Shown: one piece after another, positions 27,831 to 38,841 of the stretch | How positions within the stretch are numbered: the stretch's first letter is position 1 | How the letters are laid out: each line of letters opens with the position of its first letter | Source of the DNA: Candidatus Latescibacterota bacterium | Lineage (GTDB): Bacteria > Latescibacterota > UBA2968 | Length of the DNA: 64,000 nt | Assembly: GCA_965204745.1 (NCBI GenBank) | Contig: OZ242010.1 | Span: 3,392,001 to 3,456,000 of the forward strand | Direction: 5' to 3' | The notes under the pieces: model-generated | The model's database searches: none | What the model saw: only the letters and a program-made list of their open reading frames with translations | Told to the model about the DNA's origin: nothing | Made by a program: the position numbers and the translations under genes

Positions 27831-28898
27831 CTACGCCTGTGCGCGTTTTGTTAGCCGCGTCTGCCAACTCGCGACGATTTCGCCAAGGGTATCGTGGAGC
27901 GATTTGGTGATGTGCCAGTGGGGATAGTGCGATTTCATTTTGCGGAGGTCGCTGTAATAGCAGATGTGATCGCCCTCGCGGTGCTGATCGGAATAGGTGT
28001 GGCGCATCGTTTTGCCGGAATACCGGGCGACGATGTCAAAGGCTTCGAGGATGGAACAACTGTTGTCTTTCCCGCCGCCCAAGTTATAGACTTCGCCACA
28101 GCGCGGGGATTGGACAAACGCCCACATGAACCGGGCCACATCGCAGGCGTGAATATTGTCGCGCACTTGCTTGCCCTTGTACCCAAACACCGTGTACGTG
28201 CGGCCTTCCATGTTGCACTTGACCAGATAGCTCAAAAACCCGTGCAATGCCACGCCGCTGTGATGGGGGCCGGTGAGGCATCCGCCGCGCAAGCAACAGG
28301 TGGGCATGCCAAAATAGCGACCGTATTCCTGAACCACGACATCGGCAGCCACTTTGGACGCGCCAAAAAGCGAGTGCTTGGACTGATCGATGGTCAGGGT
28401 TTCCGGGATGCCGTGTTCGTACGCGGGGTCGTCGTAATCGTAGCGGGTGTCCAATTCCTTTAGCGCGATGCGGTTGGGCGCGTCGCCATAGACCTTGTTG
28501 GTGGACATGTGGATAAAGGGCGATTCCGGGCAGGTCTGACGCGCGGCTTCGAGCAGGTTGAGCGTGCCGACCGCGTTGATGTCAAAATCGTCAAAGGGAA
28601 TGCGAGCAGCGAGGTCGTGGGAGGGTTGTGCGGCAGTGTGGATGATCGCGGCGGGGCGAATTTGAAACAGGAGATCGCGAATGCCCTGGCGGTCGCGGAT
28701 GTCGATTTCGTGGTGGTGGAAGGACGATAAGACCGCACTCAGGCGTTTCTGATTCCAGCGCGTGTCCCCCATTGGGCCAAAAAAAACAGCGCGTTGATTG
28801 TTGTCAATGCCGTGGACAACATAGCCCTGTTTTGAAAAATAAACGCAGACTTCCGACCCGATGAGGCCAGATGAACCGGTAACGAGGAGGGTTTTCAT
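27831..28898 (-). CDS. NAD-dependent epimerase (CDP-paratose 2-epimerase-like)
   Basis: [38 protein letters not shown]. Confidence 0.9.
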   Translation of the reverse strand: MKTLLVTGSSGLIGSEVCVYFSKQGYVVHGIDNNQRAVFFGPMGDTRWNQKRLSAVLSSFHHHEIDIRDRQGIRDLLFQIRPAAIIHTAAQPSHDLAARIPFDDFDINAVGTLNLLEAARQTCPESPFIHMSTNKVYGDAPNRIALKELDTRYDYDDPAYEHGIPETLTIDQSKHSLFGASKVAADVVVQEYGRYFGMPTCCLRGGCLTGPHHSGVALHGFLSYLVKCNMEGRTYTVFGYKGKQVRDNIHACDVARFMWAFVQSPRCGEVYNLGGGKDNSCSILEAFDIVARYSGKTMRHTYSDQHREGDHICYYSDLRKMKSHYPHWHITKSLHDTLGEIVASWQTRLTKRAQA

Positions 28899-28958
28899 GA
28901 GGCGATATACTCTCTTAGATGAACGGCTATCGCAGTTGTATTCCGTTCCGGCGTTTCG

Positions 28959-30035
28959 CTATCCCACACAATATTCCACCCACTCGTTTTCGCCGGTCGG
29001 GCCTTTGGTGAACCACGCTTTTCGTCCCGGCGGATCGAGTACGATGCCGGCGATGGTTTGGCCGCAGGCTTTGCCGTTGTGCAGCTCGTTGTGGCGACAG
29101 ATGCCCACCGGGGCATTGACTCGGTCTGACAGCATGTCTTTTAGCGCGTCCGCATCGCATGGGGTGCGGGATGATAACAACCGGGTCGCGCGGCCCCAGC
29201 GCAAAATGCTCTGCCCGCGCTGATCCCATTGCCGCCGCTCAAAGGGCTTGAGCCGATCCGTCAAGTAGTGATTGGCATGCGCCATCGGACCATTGAAGGG
29301 GCAGATCACCTCGTATTCCCGCGCCGTGGTTTCCAAATCGTAAATCTCGCCATTTTCATCGCAGAGCACGTAATTCATGCCCGACGCGCGCGGCTTTGCC
29401 ACCACTGCATCTATGGCATCGCCGATTCGCACGGATGCCAAAACGCGCCGTATGACAAAGGGATAGAGTATGCCGCCGCCCGCATCTGATGGCACGAGAT
29501 TGTTGATGACCACGCCAATGCCCGCCGCGTTGATGCCCGCACAGCCCAATATTCCAGCGGATGTATAAAAAAGCGCGTCTGGTGCGCGGTCACTTTTGAC
29601 TTTGATCAACACCGCAGCCGCGGCATAGATCGAAGCCAAGTCGTAATTCTGCGCGATCAACGCGCCCTCGCCCGAGGTCGTCCCCGGAACCATGAGCGAC
29701 GTACAGCCCGATACGGCAAACGCTTCGGAATAATAATCGTGCAATTCCAAAAACGCATTCAGCGCGAGCAACTCATCCACAGGCACATCCGCGGCCCGAG
29801 CAATGCCTTCCAACTCTTCAAACAGATCCGGCGCGTAGTCGCGCGTGGGGCCTGCATACGTGGACACAATTTCGCCGACGCACGTTTTGGTCAGGTTGCC
29901 CCGCGTTGCCTGCGCCATATCTTCAAAACTGGCCGCGACCAAGTCCCGAATCAAATCCCGAAATGCCTCGCCGTGCGCCTGACCGCGCTGGGTCGGCGAT
30001 CCCATCACTTCGATCATGGGCAGTGTTTGCGACAT
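28959..30035 (-). CDS. C45 family Ntn-hydrolase/acyltransferase
   Basis: RGQAHGE, GCTS autocleavage site, AQNYD, GINAAG, HANHY. Confidence 0.88.
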   Translation of the reverse strand: MSQTLPMIEVMGSPTQRGQAHGEAFRDLIRDLVAASFEDMAQATRGNLTKTCVGEIVSTYAGPTRDYAPDLFEELEGIARAADVPVDELLALNAFLELHDYYSEAFAVSGCTSLMVPGTTSGEGALIAQNYDLASIYAAAAVLIKVKSDRAPDALFYTSAGILGCAGINAAGIGVVINNLVPSDAGGGILYPFVIRRVLASVRIGDAIDAVVAKPRASGMNYVLCDENGEIYDLETTAREYEVICPFNGPMAHANHYLTDRLKPFERRQWDQRGQSILRWGRATRLLSSRTPCDADALKDMLSDRVNAPVGICRHNELHNGKACGQTIAGIVLDPPGRKAWFTKGPTGENEWVEYCVG

Positions 30036-30119
30036 ATTTGCCTCCGTGTTTTATCTTCAGAATGGACTCGCCCTATCCAAAAACACCACGCGCCCAAAAT
30101 CCGCTGACGCACGGCGTCG

Positions 30120-30270
30120 ATGTCAAAATCGTCAAAGGGAATGCGAGCAACGAGGTCGTGGGAGGGTTGTGCGGCAGTGTGGATGATCGCGGTGGGGCGA
30201 ATGGGAGATCGCGAATGCCCTGGCGGTCGCGGATGTCGATTTCGTGGTGGTGGAAGGATGATAAGACCGC
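30120..30270 (-). pseudogene. Duplicated internal fragment of the epimerase gene (copy of ~28578-28737)
   Basis: Near-identical ~150 bp with a short deletion. Confidence 0.85.
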
Positions 30271-30274
30271 TTTT

Positions 30275-31246
<972 letters not shown>

Positions 31247-31464
31247 TTAGCCACGAGCGGGGTACAACTGGCGACAGCCAGTTCAAAGGCACAAAAGGCA
31301 CAAAAGGCACGAGCGGGGTACAACTAGCGATAGCTAGTTCAAAGGTGAACGATATGTGTAGGGGCGATGCCCCCATGCCCGCCCAAAGAGGTCAGACGGG
31401 AAATACAAGAGGGGTTGGGCGGCCCTCTTCCCTCTTCCCTCTTCCCTCTCACGTCTCCCCTTTC

Positions 31465-31722
31465 TCACGTCTCCCCGTACACGCTGACCTTTTTGCGCTT
31501 TTTGTCGAGGTGCTCGAATTTCACGCGGCCATCGATGAGCGAATACAATGTGTCGTCTCGACCAATGCCGACATTGTTGCCGGGATGGATTTTCGTACCG
31601 CGTTGCCGCATGATGATCGTACCAGCAGAGATGACTTGACCGCCGTAGGCTTTTACACCCAAGCGTTTTCCCTGACTGTCTCGACCATTTCTCGAACTGC
31701 CAACACCTTTTTTGTGTGCCAT
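31465..31722 (-). CDS. rpmA: 50S ribosomal protein L27
   Basis: [16 protein letters not shown]...[10 protein letters not shown]. Confidence 0.98.
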   Translation of the reverse strand: MAHKKGVGSSRNGRDSQGKRLGVKAYGGQVISAGTIIMRQRGTKIHPGNNVGIGRDDTLYSLIDGRVKFEHLDKKRKKVSVYGET

Positions 31723-31866
31723 GGTAAATCTCCTTGGAAAAGTGAGAAGGAAGTGTAGCCAAGAGCGGGGTACAACCGGCGACAGCCCGTTCGGCGAGCC
31801 GTGTAGGGGCGATGCCCCCGTGCCTCGCCCAAAGAGCCATCTGCTGTTTGCCATCGTGCTCGCGTC

Positions 31867-32178
31867 TCACGCCTTAATTTTTTCGATCTGAAGCTCGGTA
31901 TAGGCTTGCCGATGACCTCTTTTTCGCCGGTAGTTTTTGCGGCGTTTCATCTTAAAGACGGTGATTTTGTCCGCGAGACCATGTCCTTTGACGCGGGCTT
32001 CGACGGTAGCCCCCTCAACTTGGGGCGTGCCCACTTGAATTTCGTCGCCGCCACCGACGAGCAAAACATCCGACAAGAGGCGTGACGATCCCACTTCGGC
32101 ATCGAGCCGCGCCACGCGGATGTTCTCGCCCTCTCGCACCTTGTATTGGCTACCGGCGATATCGACCACTGCGTACAT
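31867..32178 (-). CDS. rplU: 50S ribosomal protein L21
   Basis: MYAVV...QYKV...FKMKRRKNYRRKRGHRQAYT. Confidence 0.98.
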   Translation of the reverse strand: MYAVVDIAGSQYKVREGENIRVARLDAEVGSSRLLSDVLLVGGGDEIQVGTPQVEGATVEARVKGHGLADKITVFKMKRRKNYRRKRGHRQAYTELQIEKIKA

Positions 32179-32280
32179 GCCAACCTCCAAGAATTGTATT
32201 CGTCTCGACAAACGGACTTCCCGACCCACCGGGATCGGGAAGCCAAAGCGTGCCAAATCTATCGGAAGCATCGCTTTGTG

Positions 32281-33822
32281 TCAAGTTTGAACTTTGTCTG
32301 TAATGTCGATTTGCCGCTTTCTGGAGAAGATGCGGTAATCTTCTTCGCGCAAATCCTCTGCTGATTCGACATCGAGCCACACGCGGGTGGATTTGCGGAT
32401 GGCTTTGAGGCGTTCGCGGCGGTTTTCCAGCAGATAAAAACCGAGCGTCGGGTGAACTTGAACGGTGAGTCGGCGTTCGAGAGACGCGGCACGCGAGCGT
32501 TTGAGCCAGCGTTCAATGCGCGCGAGCACGGTTTCCCGGCTGGGGATATGCCCAGTGCCATAGCATTGCGGGCAAGGCGTGGAATAGGTGGACATCAAAC
32601 TGGGGCGCACGCGCTGCCGGGTCATTTCCATCAGGCCAAAGTCGGTGATGCGCGAGTGCCGAATTTTGGAGCGGTCGCGGCGAATGGCTTGGCGCATTTC
32701 ATTTTCCACGAGTTTGCGATCCCGCGCCGTGTTCATGTCGATAAAATCCACGACCACGATCCCGCCCATGTCGCGCAACCGAAGTTGGCGGGCCACTTCT
32801 CGGGCCGCTTCCAAATTGGTCTTGAGCACGGTTTCATCCTGTTTGGTGCCCCTTCTGCCCACGCTGCGCCCGCTGTTGACATCGATGGCGACCAGGGCTT
32901 CGGTCGGGTCGATGATCAGGTACCCCCCGCTTTTGAACCAGACCTTGCGGTGGGTGAGTTTTTCAATTTCTGCCTCGATGCCATACGCGTCGAAGATCGG
33001 GCGCGTCTCGCCGTAGTAGGCGACGGTTTTTCGCAGTTCGGGCGAGACTCCTTTGAGATAGGCTTGAATGCGCTTGTATTCGCGTTTTGAATCCACGATC
33101 AGGCGGTGGACATCTTCGGTGAACAAATCCCGGATGAGGCTGGAGGTCATGCCCATTTCCTTGTAGAGCAATTTGGGGCCGCGGGTTTTCTGACTCTGTT
33201 TTTCAAGGTGTTTCCACGTCGTCAAAAGTCGCTTGAGGTCGCGTCGGAGTTCTCGCTCGCTTTTGCCGCTGGCCTCGGTGCGTACGATCAGGCCAAAGCC
33301 CTCGGATTTGAGATTGTAACCGAGGTCCCGCAGGCGTCGCCTTTCATTGCGGTTGGTGATTTTGCGCGACACCCCCACTTGCCCGCCATTGGGCACGAGC
33401 ACCATAAACCGCCCGGCCAAAGAGGGTTCGGCAGAGACGCGCGGGCCTTTGGTGTTGATGGATTCTTTTGTGATCTGCACGATGAGTTCTCTGCCCTTTT
33501 TGAGCACCTCGTCAATTGATGTGGCGGGTTTGCCGTTTGTCCGCGATTTGACTTCTTCGCGCATTTCCCAATCCGGTTCGACCATTGACCCACGAGATCC
33601 GGGCATGTCTGAAATGTGCAAAAAGGCGGCTTTTTCCTGCCCAATATCGACAAAGGCGGCCTGCATGCTCGGCAACACAGCGGTGACGACTCCGCGATAG
33701 ATATCGCCGACCATGCGTTCTTTTTCAGCGCGTTCAACGAGAATTTCAGCGAGCCGACCATCTTCGAGGATGGCGATTCTCGACTCGTGCGAGGCGACAT
33801 TGATGATGATTTCGGTTTTCAA
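32281..33822 (-). CDS. Ribonuclease E/G family protein
   Basis: S1 QAAFVDIG, TEALVAIDVNSG, GGIVVVDFIDM, CPQCYG Zn-link. Confidence 0.95.
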   Translation of the reverse strand: MKTEIIINVASHESRIAILEDGRLAEILVERAEKERMVGDIYRGVVTAVLPSMQAAFVDIGQEKAAFLHISDMPGSRGSMVEPDWEMREEVKSRTNGKPATSIDEVLKKGRELIVQITKESINTKGPRVSAEPSLAGRFMVLVPNGGQVGVSRKITNRNERRRLRDLGYNLKSEGFGLIVRTEASGKSERELRRDLKRLLTTWKHLEKQSQKTRGPKLLYKEMGMTSSLIRDLFTEDVHRLIVDSKREYKRIQAYLKGVSPELRKTVAYYGETRPIFDAYGIEAEIEKLTHRKVWFKSGGYLIIDPTEALVAIDVNSGRSVGRRGTKQDETVLKTNLEAAREVARQLRLRDMGGIVVVDFIDMNTARDRKLVENEMRQAIRRDRSKIRHSRITDFGLMEMTRQRVRPSLMSTYSTPCPQCYGTGHIPSRETVLARIERWLKRSRAASLERRLTVQVHPTLGFYLLENRRERLKAIRKSTRVWLDVESAEDLREEDYRIFSRKRQIDITDKVQT

Positions 33823-33885
33823 TTTTACATCCTTTGAAACGAATAGACGGAACCGGGTACAAGTGAATCTACTGCACGCGGCACT

Positions 33886-34605
33886 TCATTTTGAAACCAC
33901 GCGGCGGGGAAAGATCGTGATCTCTTCGACAATGACGCGGTTGGGCAGTTGCGCGACCATGACAGCGGCCGCGGCGATGTCTTCGGGCACCAGGGCCGCG
34001 GCGCGTTTGGCATCCGAGACCGGGTTGGGGCGATGCGCCAAGATGGGGGTATCGACTTCGCCGGGATAAATGCAGCAAGCGCGAATGCCCTGGTCCCTGA
34101 ACTCGGCATTGATGGATTGGGTGAGGGCGGCCATGCCAAATTTGGACGCGCTATACGCCGCGCCGCTGATCATCCCCGCCCGCTTGCCGGCCATAGATGA
34201 AATGTTGATGACCAAGCCGGCGCGTTGCGTTTTCATCTGCGGCAACACAGCGCGAAAAGCGTAAAACGCGCCCGAGAGATTGATCGCGAGGACGCGCTCC
34301 CAGTCGCGGTCCGATATGTCGCTCAGGTGGCGTTTTTTCGTGTTGATGCCCGCGTTGTTCACCAGAATGTCGATGCGACCAAACGCATCTGTCGTTTGTT
34401 TGGCGAGCGATTGCACGGCTTGGGGATCCGCGACATCCGCGGCGCGAATTTCGACTCGGACACCGGCGCATTGCCCCGCGATTTCCTCGAGGGGTTCAAC
34501 GCGCCGACCTGCTAGGGCGAGGTTGTACCCCGCTTTGGCATACGCGAGGGCAATGCCCGCGCCAATGCCAGTGCCCGCGCCGGTAATGATGGCGGTTTTG
34601 GACAT
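33886..34605 (-). CDS. SDR family oxidoreductase
   Basis: TGAGTGIG, NNAG, YSASK. Confidence 0.93.
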   Translation of the reverse strand: MSKTAIITGAGTGIGAGIALAYAKAGYNLALAGRRVEPLEEIAGQCAGVRVEIRAADVADPQAVQSLAKQTTDAFGRIDILVNNAGINTKKRHLSDISDRDWERVLAINLSGAFYAFRAVLPQMKTQRAGLVINISSMAGKRAGMISGAAYSASKFGMAALTQSINAEFRDQGIRACCIYPGEVDTPILAHRPNPVSDAKRAAALVPEDIAAAAVMVAQLPNRVIVEEITIFPRRVVSK

Positions 34606-34617
34606 TTTGCACGCTCC

Positions 34618-35475
34618 TCATACGAGTTGAATGCGGTCTGCAATGGCAAAAAAAAAGGGGCGAGACCAGATTTCGAGTGTTTCGGGATTTTTGACAAAGG
34701 GTTCTATATCTTTTTTCGCCCAATCGACATTTAGGGCATCAATGGCGTCGTGCAAGGCTTGGCGAAACGCCTGCGGCGTTGCGACATCCCGGTCCCCGCT
34801 TTGTCTCAAACGCTGTCTGAGGTGGGACAAATTCAACTGGGGATGACGCGCCACATACCAGACGAGATCGTACCAGTCGCGTCCCTTGACCCTTTGTTTC
34901 CACTTTCGGCACAACAAGGCGTGCATTTTTCCAGCAAACAAATCGGGCAAGGCATAGACGCGCACGGAAAAGGGAATGGGATTGAGCAAATACGCGATTT
35001 CGGTTTCAAATCCGCCGGGCGGATCGGTATCGACTTCCAGTTTGATTTTCACCTGTTGCCCTTTGGGCAGTTCGCGCACAATGTCTTTCTCCGCTTCAAT
35101 AATCAAGAGTTGTTTGAGCGTATTCGCTTTGAGAAATGCCGATTGGATGGCACTCGCGGTTCGCTTGCTTTTTGTTTCGGTCCAAACATCAAAGCCAAAT
35201 GCGCGCATCTCCCGTTGCAGGGCATCGCCATACCTGCCCAAATCGAAATTTTGTGACGGACTTAAAAGCGAAAAGTCGAGGTCTTCTGAAAACCGGTCTA
35301 ACCCGTGCAAAATGCGGAGCGATGTGCCCCCGTAAAAAGCGGCCTTTTCAAAAAACTTGCTGCGCCACAGGCCGAGTAAGGCGATTTCCTGCAATATTTC
35401 CCGAAGTGCCTGCACGTAATCCTCGACCCGACGGCAATCGTATTTTGCCAACATTTGACGCACCGCTTCATGCAT
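34618..35475 (-). CDS. abiEii: AbiEii nucleotidyltransferase toxin (type IV TA)
   Basis: FYGGTSLR...RFSEDLDF, KIKLEVD, GKMHALL, KGRDWYD. Confidence 0.92.
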   Translation of the reverse strand: MHEAVRQMLAKYDCRRVEDYVQALREILQEIALLGLWRSKFFEKAAFYGGTSLRILHGLDRFSEDLDFSLLSPSQNFDLGRYGDALQREMRAFGFDVWTETKSKRTASAIQSAFLKANTLKQLLIIEAEKDIVRELPKGQQVKIKLEVDTDPPGGFETEIAYLLNPIPFSVRVYALPDLFAGKMHALLCRKWKQRVKGRDWYDLVWYVARHPQLNLSHLRQRLRQSGDRDVATPQAFRQALHDAIDALNVDWAKKDIEPFVKNPETLEIWSRPFFFAIADRIQLV

Positions 35476-36127
35476 AGACGACTTCCTTTGAACGCTGATG
35501 TCGATGGATTACAGCCTGCAACAGCCGAAGTTTTTGAGATCGATAGCACGCGGCAATATCGCGCAATTTGTTTGAATCGAGACGGTAGAACATATCTTCG
35601 TCAATACGCAGGTCTTCAAACAAATAGACCCTCATATCTCGTTGCGACCAAATGGCATGCCCGCGCTGGTTACGCACTTTATCGGCAAGTGCTTTTTCCG
35701 GCGTTGCCATTAAAAAGGCGCGATTGGATGCCGATTCGACGCGATGCACCCCGGTCCGATAGGCCAGCAAGGGCACTTCGCGGTAGGTAAATTTTCCCAC
35801 AGGAGTCGAAAATGTCCTGTTATTACCACACGTAACCGACGTGATCGTTTCGACCCGCTCGGGAATCAGACCGTAATAATACAGGGCGTAGTCCATGGAA
35901 ATATAAGAAGGCCCGTAGATCAAATTGGCGAGCACTTCCCTCGCATAGGGGCCGCGTGCATACAGATCGCCAAAGACGTACAACCCCTTTTTCACGCGAA
36001 TGATCGCCCCCTTTCGCAGCAAGTCGGTGATTTTATCGCGCGGATGGGCATAGGACTTCAAGCAATCCAAAAGTGCCAGATAGTCAAATTCTTCGCGCAA
36101 AATTTGTCGCCTAATAAATTCTATCAT
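35468..36127 (-). CDS. abiEi: AbiEi-type antitoxin/transcriptional regulator
   Basis: IRVKKGLY, PSYISMDYALYYYGLIPE, ATPEKALAD; overlaps the toxin start. Confidence 0.88.
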   Translation of the reverse strand: MIEFIRRQILREEFDYLALLDCLKSYAHPRDKITDLLRKGAIIRVKKGLYVFGDLYARGPYAREVLANLIYGPSYISMDYALYYYGLIPERVETITSVTCGNNRTFSTPVGKFTYREVPLLAYRTGVHRVESASNRAFLMATPEKALADKVRNQRGHAIWSQRDMRVYLFEDLRIDEDMFYRLDSNKLRDIAACYRSQKLRLLQAVIHRHQRSKEVVYA

Positions 36128-36163
36128 CGCATTTTAAGGGAAAAATATTGTCATTTTTCGCAC

Positions 36164-36190
36164 AGTATGTCGAAAAAATATCGACATACT
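36164..36190. promoter_or_regulatory. Candidate AbiEi operator (perfect 10-bp inverted repeat)
   Basis: AGTATGTCGA-N7-TCGACATACT just upstream of abiEi. Confidence 0.55.
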
Positions 36191-36478
36191 ATGTTATAGT
36201 ATACGATGGCATCTCAAAAAAAAAAAGAAAAATCACAGATGCCTCGGGCTATTTGCGTATATTTGATTTCTATTTGTCCTCATTTTTCAAATCCACGACC
36301 AAAGCGCGCACAGGCCCTGCAACGGAGCGAGTAATAGACAGCGCGGGGTACACGCGATAGCAGTTCATCGTAGGGACAGGCCCCGTGCCTATCCGAAGCA
36401 GGGACTCGTTGAGATGTCCCAGTATATAGGTCAATTTGGTATTACATGCGTTGGATGATTCAAAACAAGGAGAGCGCG

Positions 36479-37702
36479 ATGATTGAAATGGACGATGCCA
36501 TTCGCATTGTGTTGGAAAACACGCGGACCATTGACACGACCCGCGTTGGGTTGGGCGAGGTGTTGGGGCGCGTGCTAGCCGAAGAGGTGCGTTCCGATAT
36601 CGACATGCCGCCCTTTGACAAGGCCCTCATGGACGGGTACGCGCTTCGGGGCGCGGATATCGCATCGGCGTCTCAAACGACGCCAGCCATTCTCGATGTA
36701 ATCGAAGAGATTCCCGCGGGCAATGTGCCGCAAAAGCGCGTGGAAAGTGGGCAGGCGTCTCGGATTATGACGGGCGCGCCAATGCCCGAAGGCGCGGATA
36801 CCGTGGCGATGGTGGAGGACACGGAAGCGGATACAGATGCCGAGAAAGTGCGGGTGCTCGCCATCACAGAAACCGGGAGGAACATCGCCCGGCTCGGCGA
36901 AGATGTGCGGGTGGATCAAGTGGTCTTACGGGCCAACGCGCTTATACGCCCGCCCGAAGTGGGCATTCTCGCCGCCGTGGGCCATGTGGATATCGAGGTC
37001 TATCGCCAACCCGTGGTGGGCGTTGTGGCGACGGGCAGCGAGGTGGTTGAACCGCAGCACAAACCCAAGCCCGGGCAGATTCGGAACAGCAATGGATATT
37101 CGATGGTGGCGCAGGTCTTACGGGCGGGCGCGCAAGCGCGTTATTTTGGCATTGTGGAAGACGATGTCGATGCGCTGATCCAGACTATCGGCGAGGGGTT
37201 GGCGACCTGCGATGTGGTCGCATTGTCGGGCGGCGTCTCTGCCGGGGATTACGATTTGGTGCAAGATGGCATGCGGGATTTGGGGGTCAAGGTGTTGTTT
37301 GACCGCATTCGCATGAAGCCCGGCAAACCCCTGACATTTGGGGTCAAGGGGGCCAAGCAGGTCTTTGGGTTGCCCGGCAATCCGGTGTCTTCTGTGGTGG
37401 GCTTGGAATTGCTCATGCGCCCTGCGATAAAAAAAATGCAGGGCCTGGTGGATGTGCATCTCCGCACGGTCCGCACCGCGCTCAAGGCCGACTTTCGACA
37501 AACCCCCGGGCGAAAACAGTTCGTGCCCGCGCATAGCGTTCAAGGCAAAACCGGCGCGTGGGAAAGCACATGGGTGGGGCATCACGGCTCGGCAGATCTG
37601 TTTTCAATGGCCCGCGCAAACAGCTTGTTTGTGGTCGATGCCGAATTAGCACAGGTGAACGCTGGCGAGGAATTGGATCTCATTTTGTTGGAGGGTTGGT
37701 AA
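36479..37702 (+). CDS. moeA: Molybdopterin molybdotransferase
   Basis: PPFDKALMDGYA, IMTGAP.PEGAD, GGVSAGDYD, MKPGKP, GLPGNPVS. Confidence 0.96.
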   Translation: MIEMDDAIRIVLENTRTIDTTRVGLGEVLGRVLAEEVRSDIDMPPFDKALMDGYALRGADIASASQTTPAILDVIEEIPAGNVPQKRVESGQASRIMTGAPMPEGADTVAMVEDTEADTDAEKVRVLAITETGRNIARLGEDVRVDQVVLRANALIRPPEVGILAAVGHVDIEVYRQPVVGVVATGSEVVEPQHKPKPGQIRNSNGYSMVAQVLRAGAQARYFGIVEDDVDALIQTIGEGLATCDVVALSGGVSAGDYDLVQDGMRDLGVKVLFDRIRMKPGKPLTFGVKGAKQVFGLPGNPVSSVVGLELLMRPAIKKMQGLVDVHLRTVRTALKADFRQTPGRKQFVPAHSVQGKTGAWESTWVGHHGSADLFSMARANSLFVVDAELAQVNAGEELDLILLEGW

Positions 37703-37772
37703 ATCCGCGTGTCTGACCGGCGTGCGCGACTGCCGAGCGCGGCGGTCTTTCAAAAAAATGTGTTAAATTTGC

Positions 37773-37801
37773 TTGACACTGAACAGACACCTTGTTAAAT
37801 T
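37773..37801 (+). promoter_or_regulatory. Sigma70 promoter for tRNA-Asp
   Basis: TTGACA-17 nt-TAAATT. Confidence 0.7.
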
Positions 37802-37848
37802 CTCGACACTTCGGGAAGATGAATGTCTAGAAATAAAAAACGAAATTC

Positions 37849-37926
37849 GGGGTAGTAGCTCAGTTTGGTTAGAGTACTGGCCTGTCACGCCAGTGGTCGC
37901 GGGTTCGAGTCCCGTCTGCCCCGCCA
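37849..37926 (+). tRNA. tRNA-Asp (GTC)
   Basis: Full cloverleaf: GGGGTAG/CTGCCCC acceptor, CTGGC-CTGTCAC-GCCAG anticodon arm, GGTTCGAGTCC T arm, encoded CCA. Confidence 0.97.
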
Positions 37927-37932
37927 TCAATC

Positions 37933-37968
37933 AAAAAGCTCGACGCAATCACTTGTGTCGGGCTTTTT
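37933..37968 (+). terminator. Rho-independent terminator
   Basis: AAAAAGCTCGACGC...GTGTCGGGCTTTTT hairpin with T run. Confidence 0.7.
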
Positions 37969-38269
37969 GGTATGTACTGTAACCCGTTAAGAAGCTGTTT
38001 TAATTTTTTTCGACCTATCCCCCTAACCCTCGTTGCTCGCTACGCTTCGTTGTAAGCGTGCCTACGAAGATGGGATTTTAGCCACGAGCTGGGTACAACT
38101 GGCGATAGCCAGTTCAAAGGCATAAAAGGCACAAAAGGGGTACATGGCGATAGCCAGTTCAAAGACACAAAGCGATGCCCCCGTGCTCGCCCAAAGATAC
38201 AAGAATGGGGAAGATCATCTCCCCTCCCCGTTTCGGGGAGGGGCCGGGGGAGGGGTCAGACAACTTCTA

Positions 38270-38824
38270 GGTTGTGTTGACATTTCATTTTTTTGACGTT
38301 ACGCACAGAGTAGCAACTGTGTTGCTTCTTGCTCATTTAAGGCGTTTGGTCCTTTGATGGCTTAGGTTGCTCTGATGGCGTTTTGCGAGGGGACCTATCC
38401 CCCGGCCCCTTTCCTACGAGGAAAGGGGAGTAAAGCACCTTTGATGGCTTATCTCAAGGGTTGCTCTGATGGCATTGACCGAGGGCATAAAGCGATTAAA
38501 AATCCCTCACACCATCCCCTCGTAAAACCCATCCGCGTTCCCCCCTTCCTCGCAGGAAGGGGGGTTAGGGGGGTAGGTCCCGATAGGGCATAAAGCGATT
38601 AAAATCCCTCACACCATCCCCTCGCAAAACCGCTCACAGTTCCCCCTTTCTCACAGGCACAGGCGTAGCCTACAACGAAGCGAGTAACAGGGGCCAGGGG
38701 GGTAGGTCCCGATAAGGAGCACCTGTTTCAGTTTCTCAAACCGAGAGCATATTCTGCGATAGGGCTTGATTTTCTCGATAAATCGCTCAAGCTAGTTGCT
38801 TTGCTCCTAAATGTCAACACGACC
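38270..38824. mobile_element. IS5-derived MITE with REP-like interior
   Basis: Same TIRs, TA flanks and terminal segments as 21110-21606 but a different middle. Confidence 0.8.
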
Positions 38825-38841
38825 TAATACCAAAGGGATTT

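Noticed and set aside
37849-38830. Integrative element at tRNA-Asp
   Set aside because: No integrase and no duplicated tRNA 3' end found; only repeats and a MITE follow
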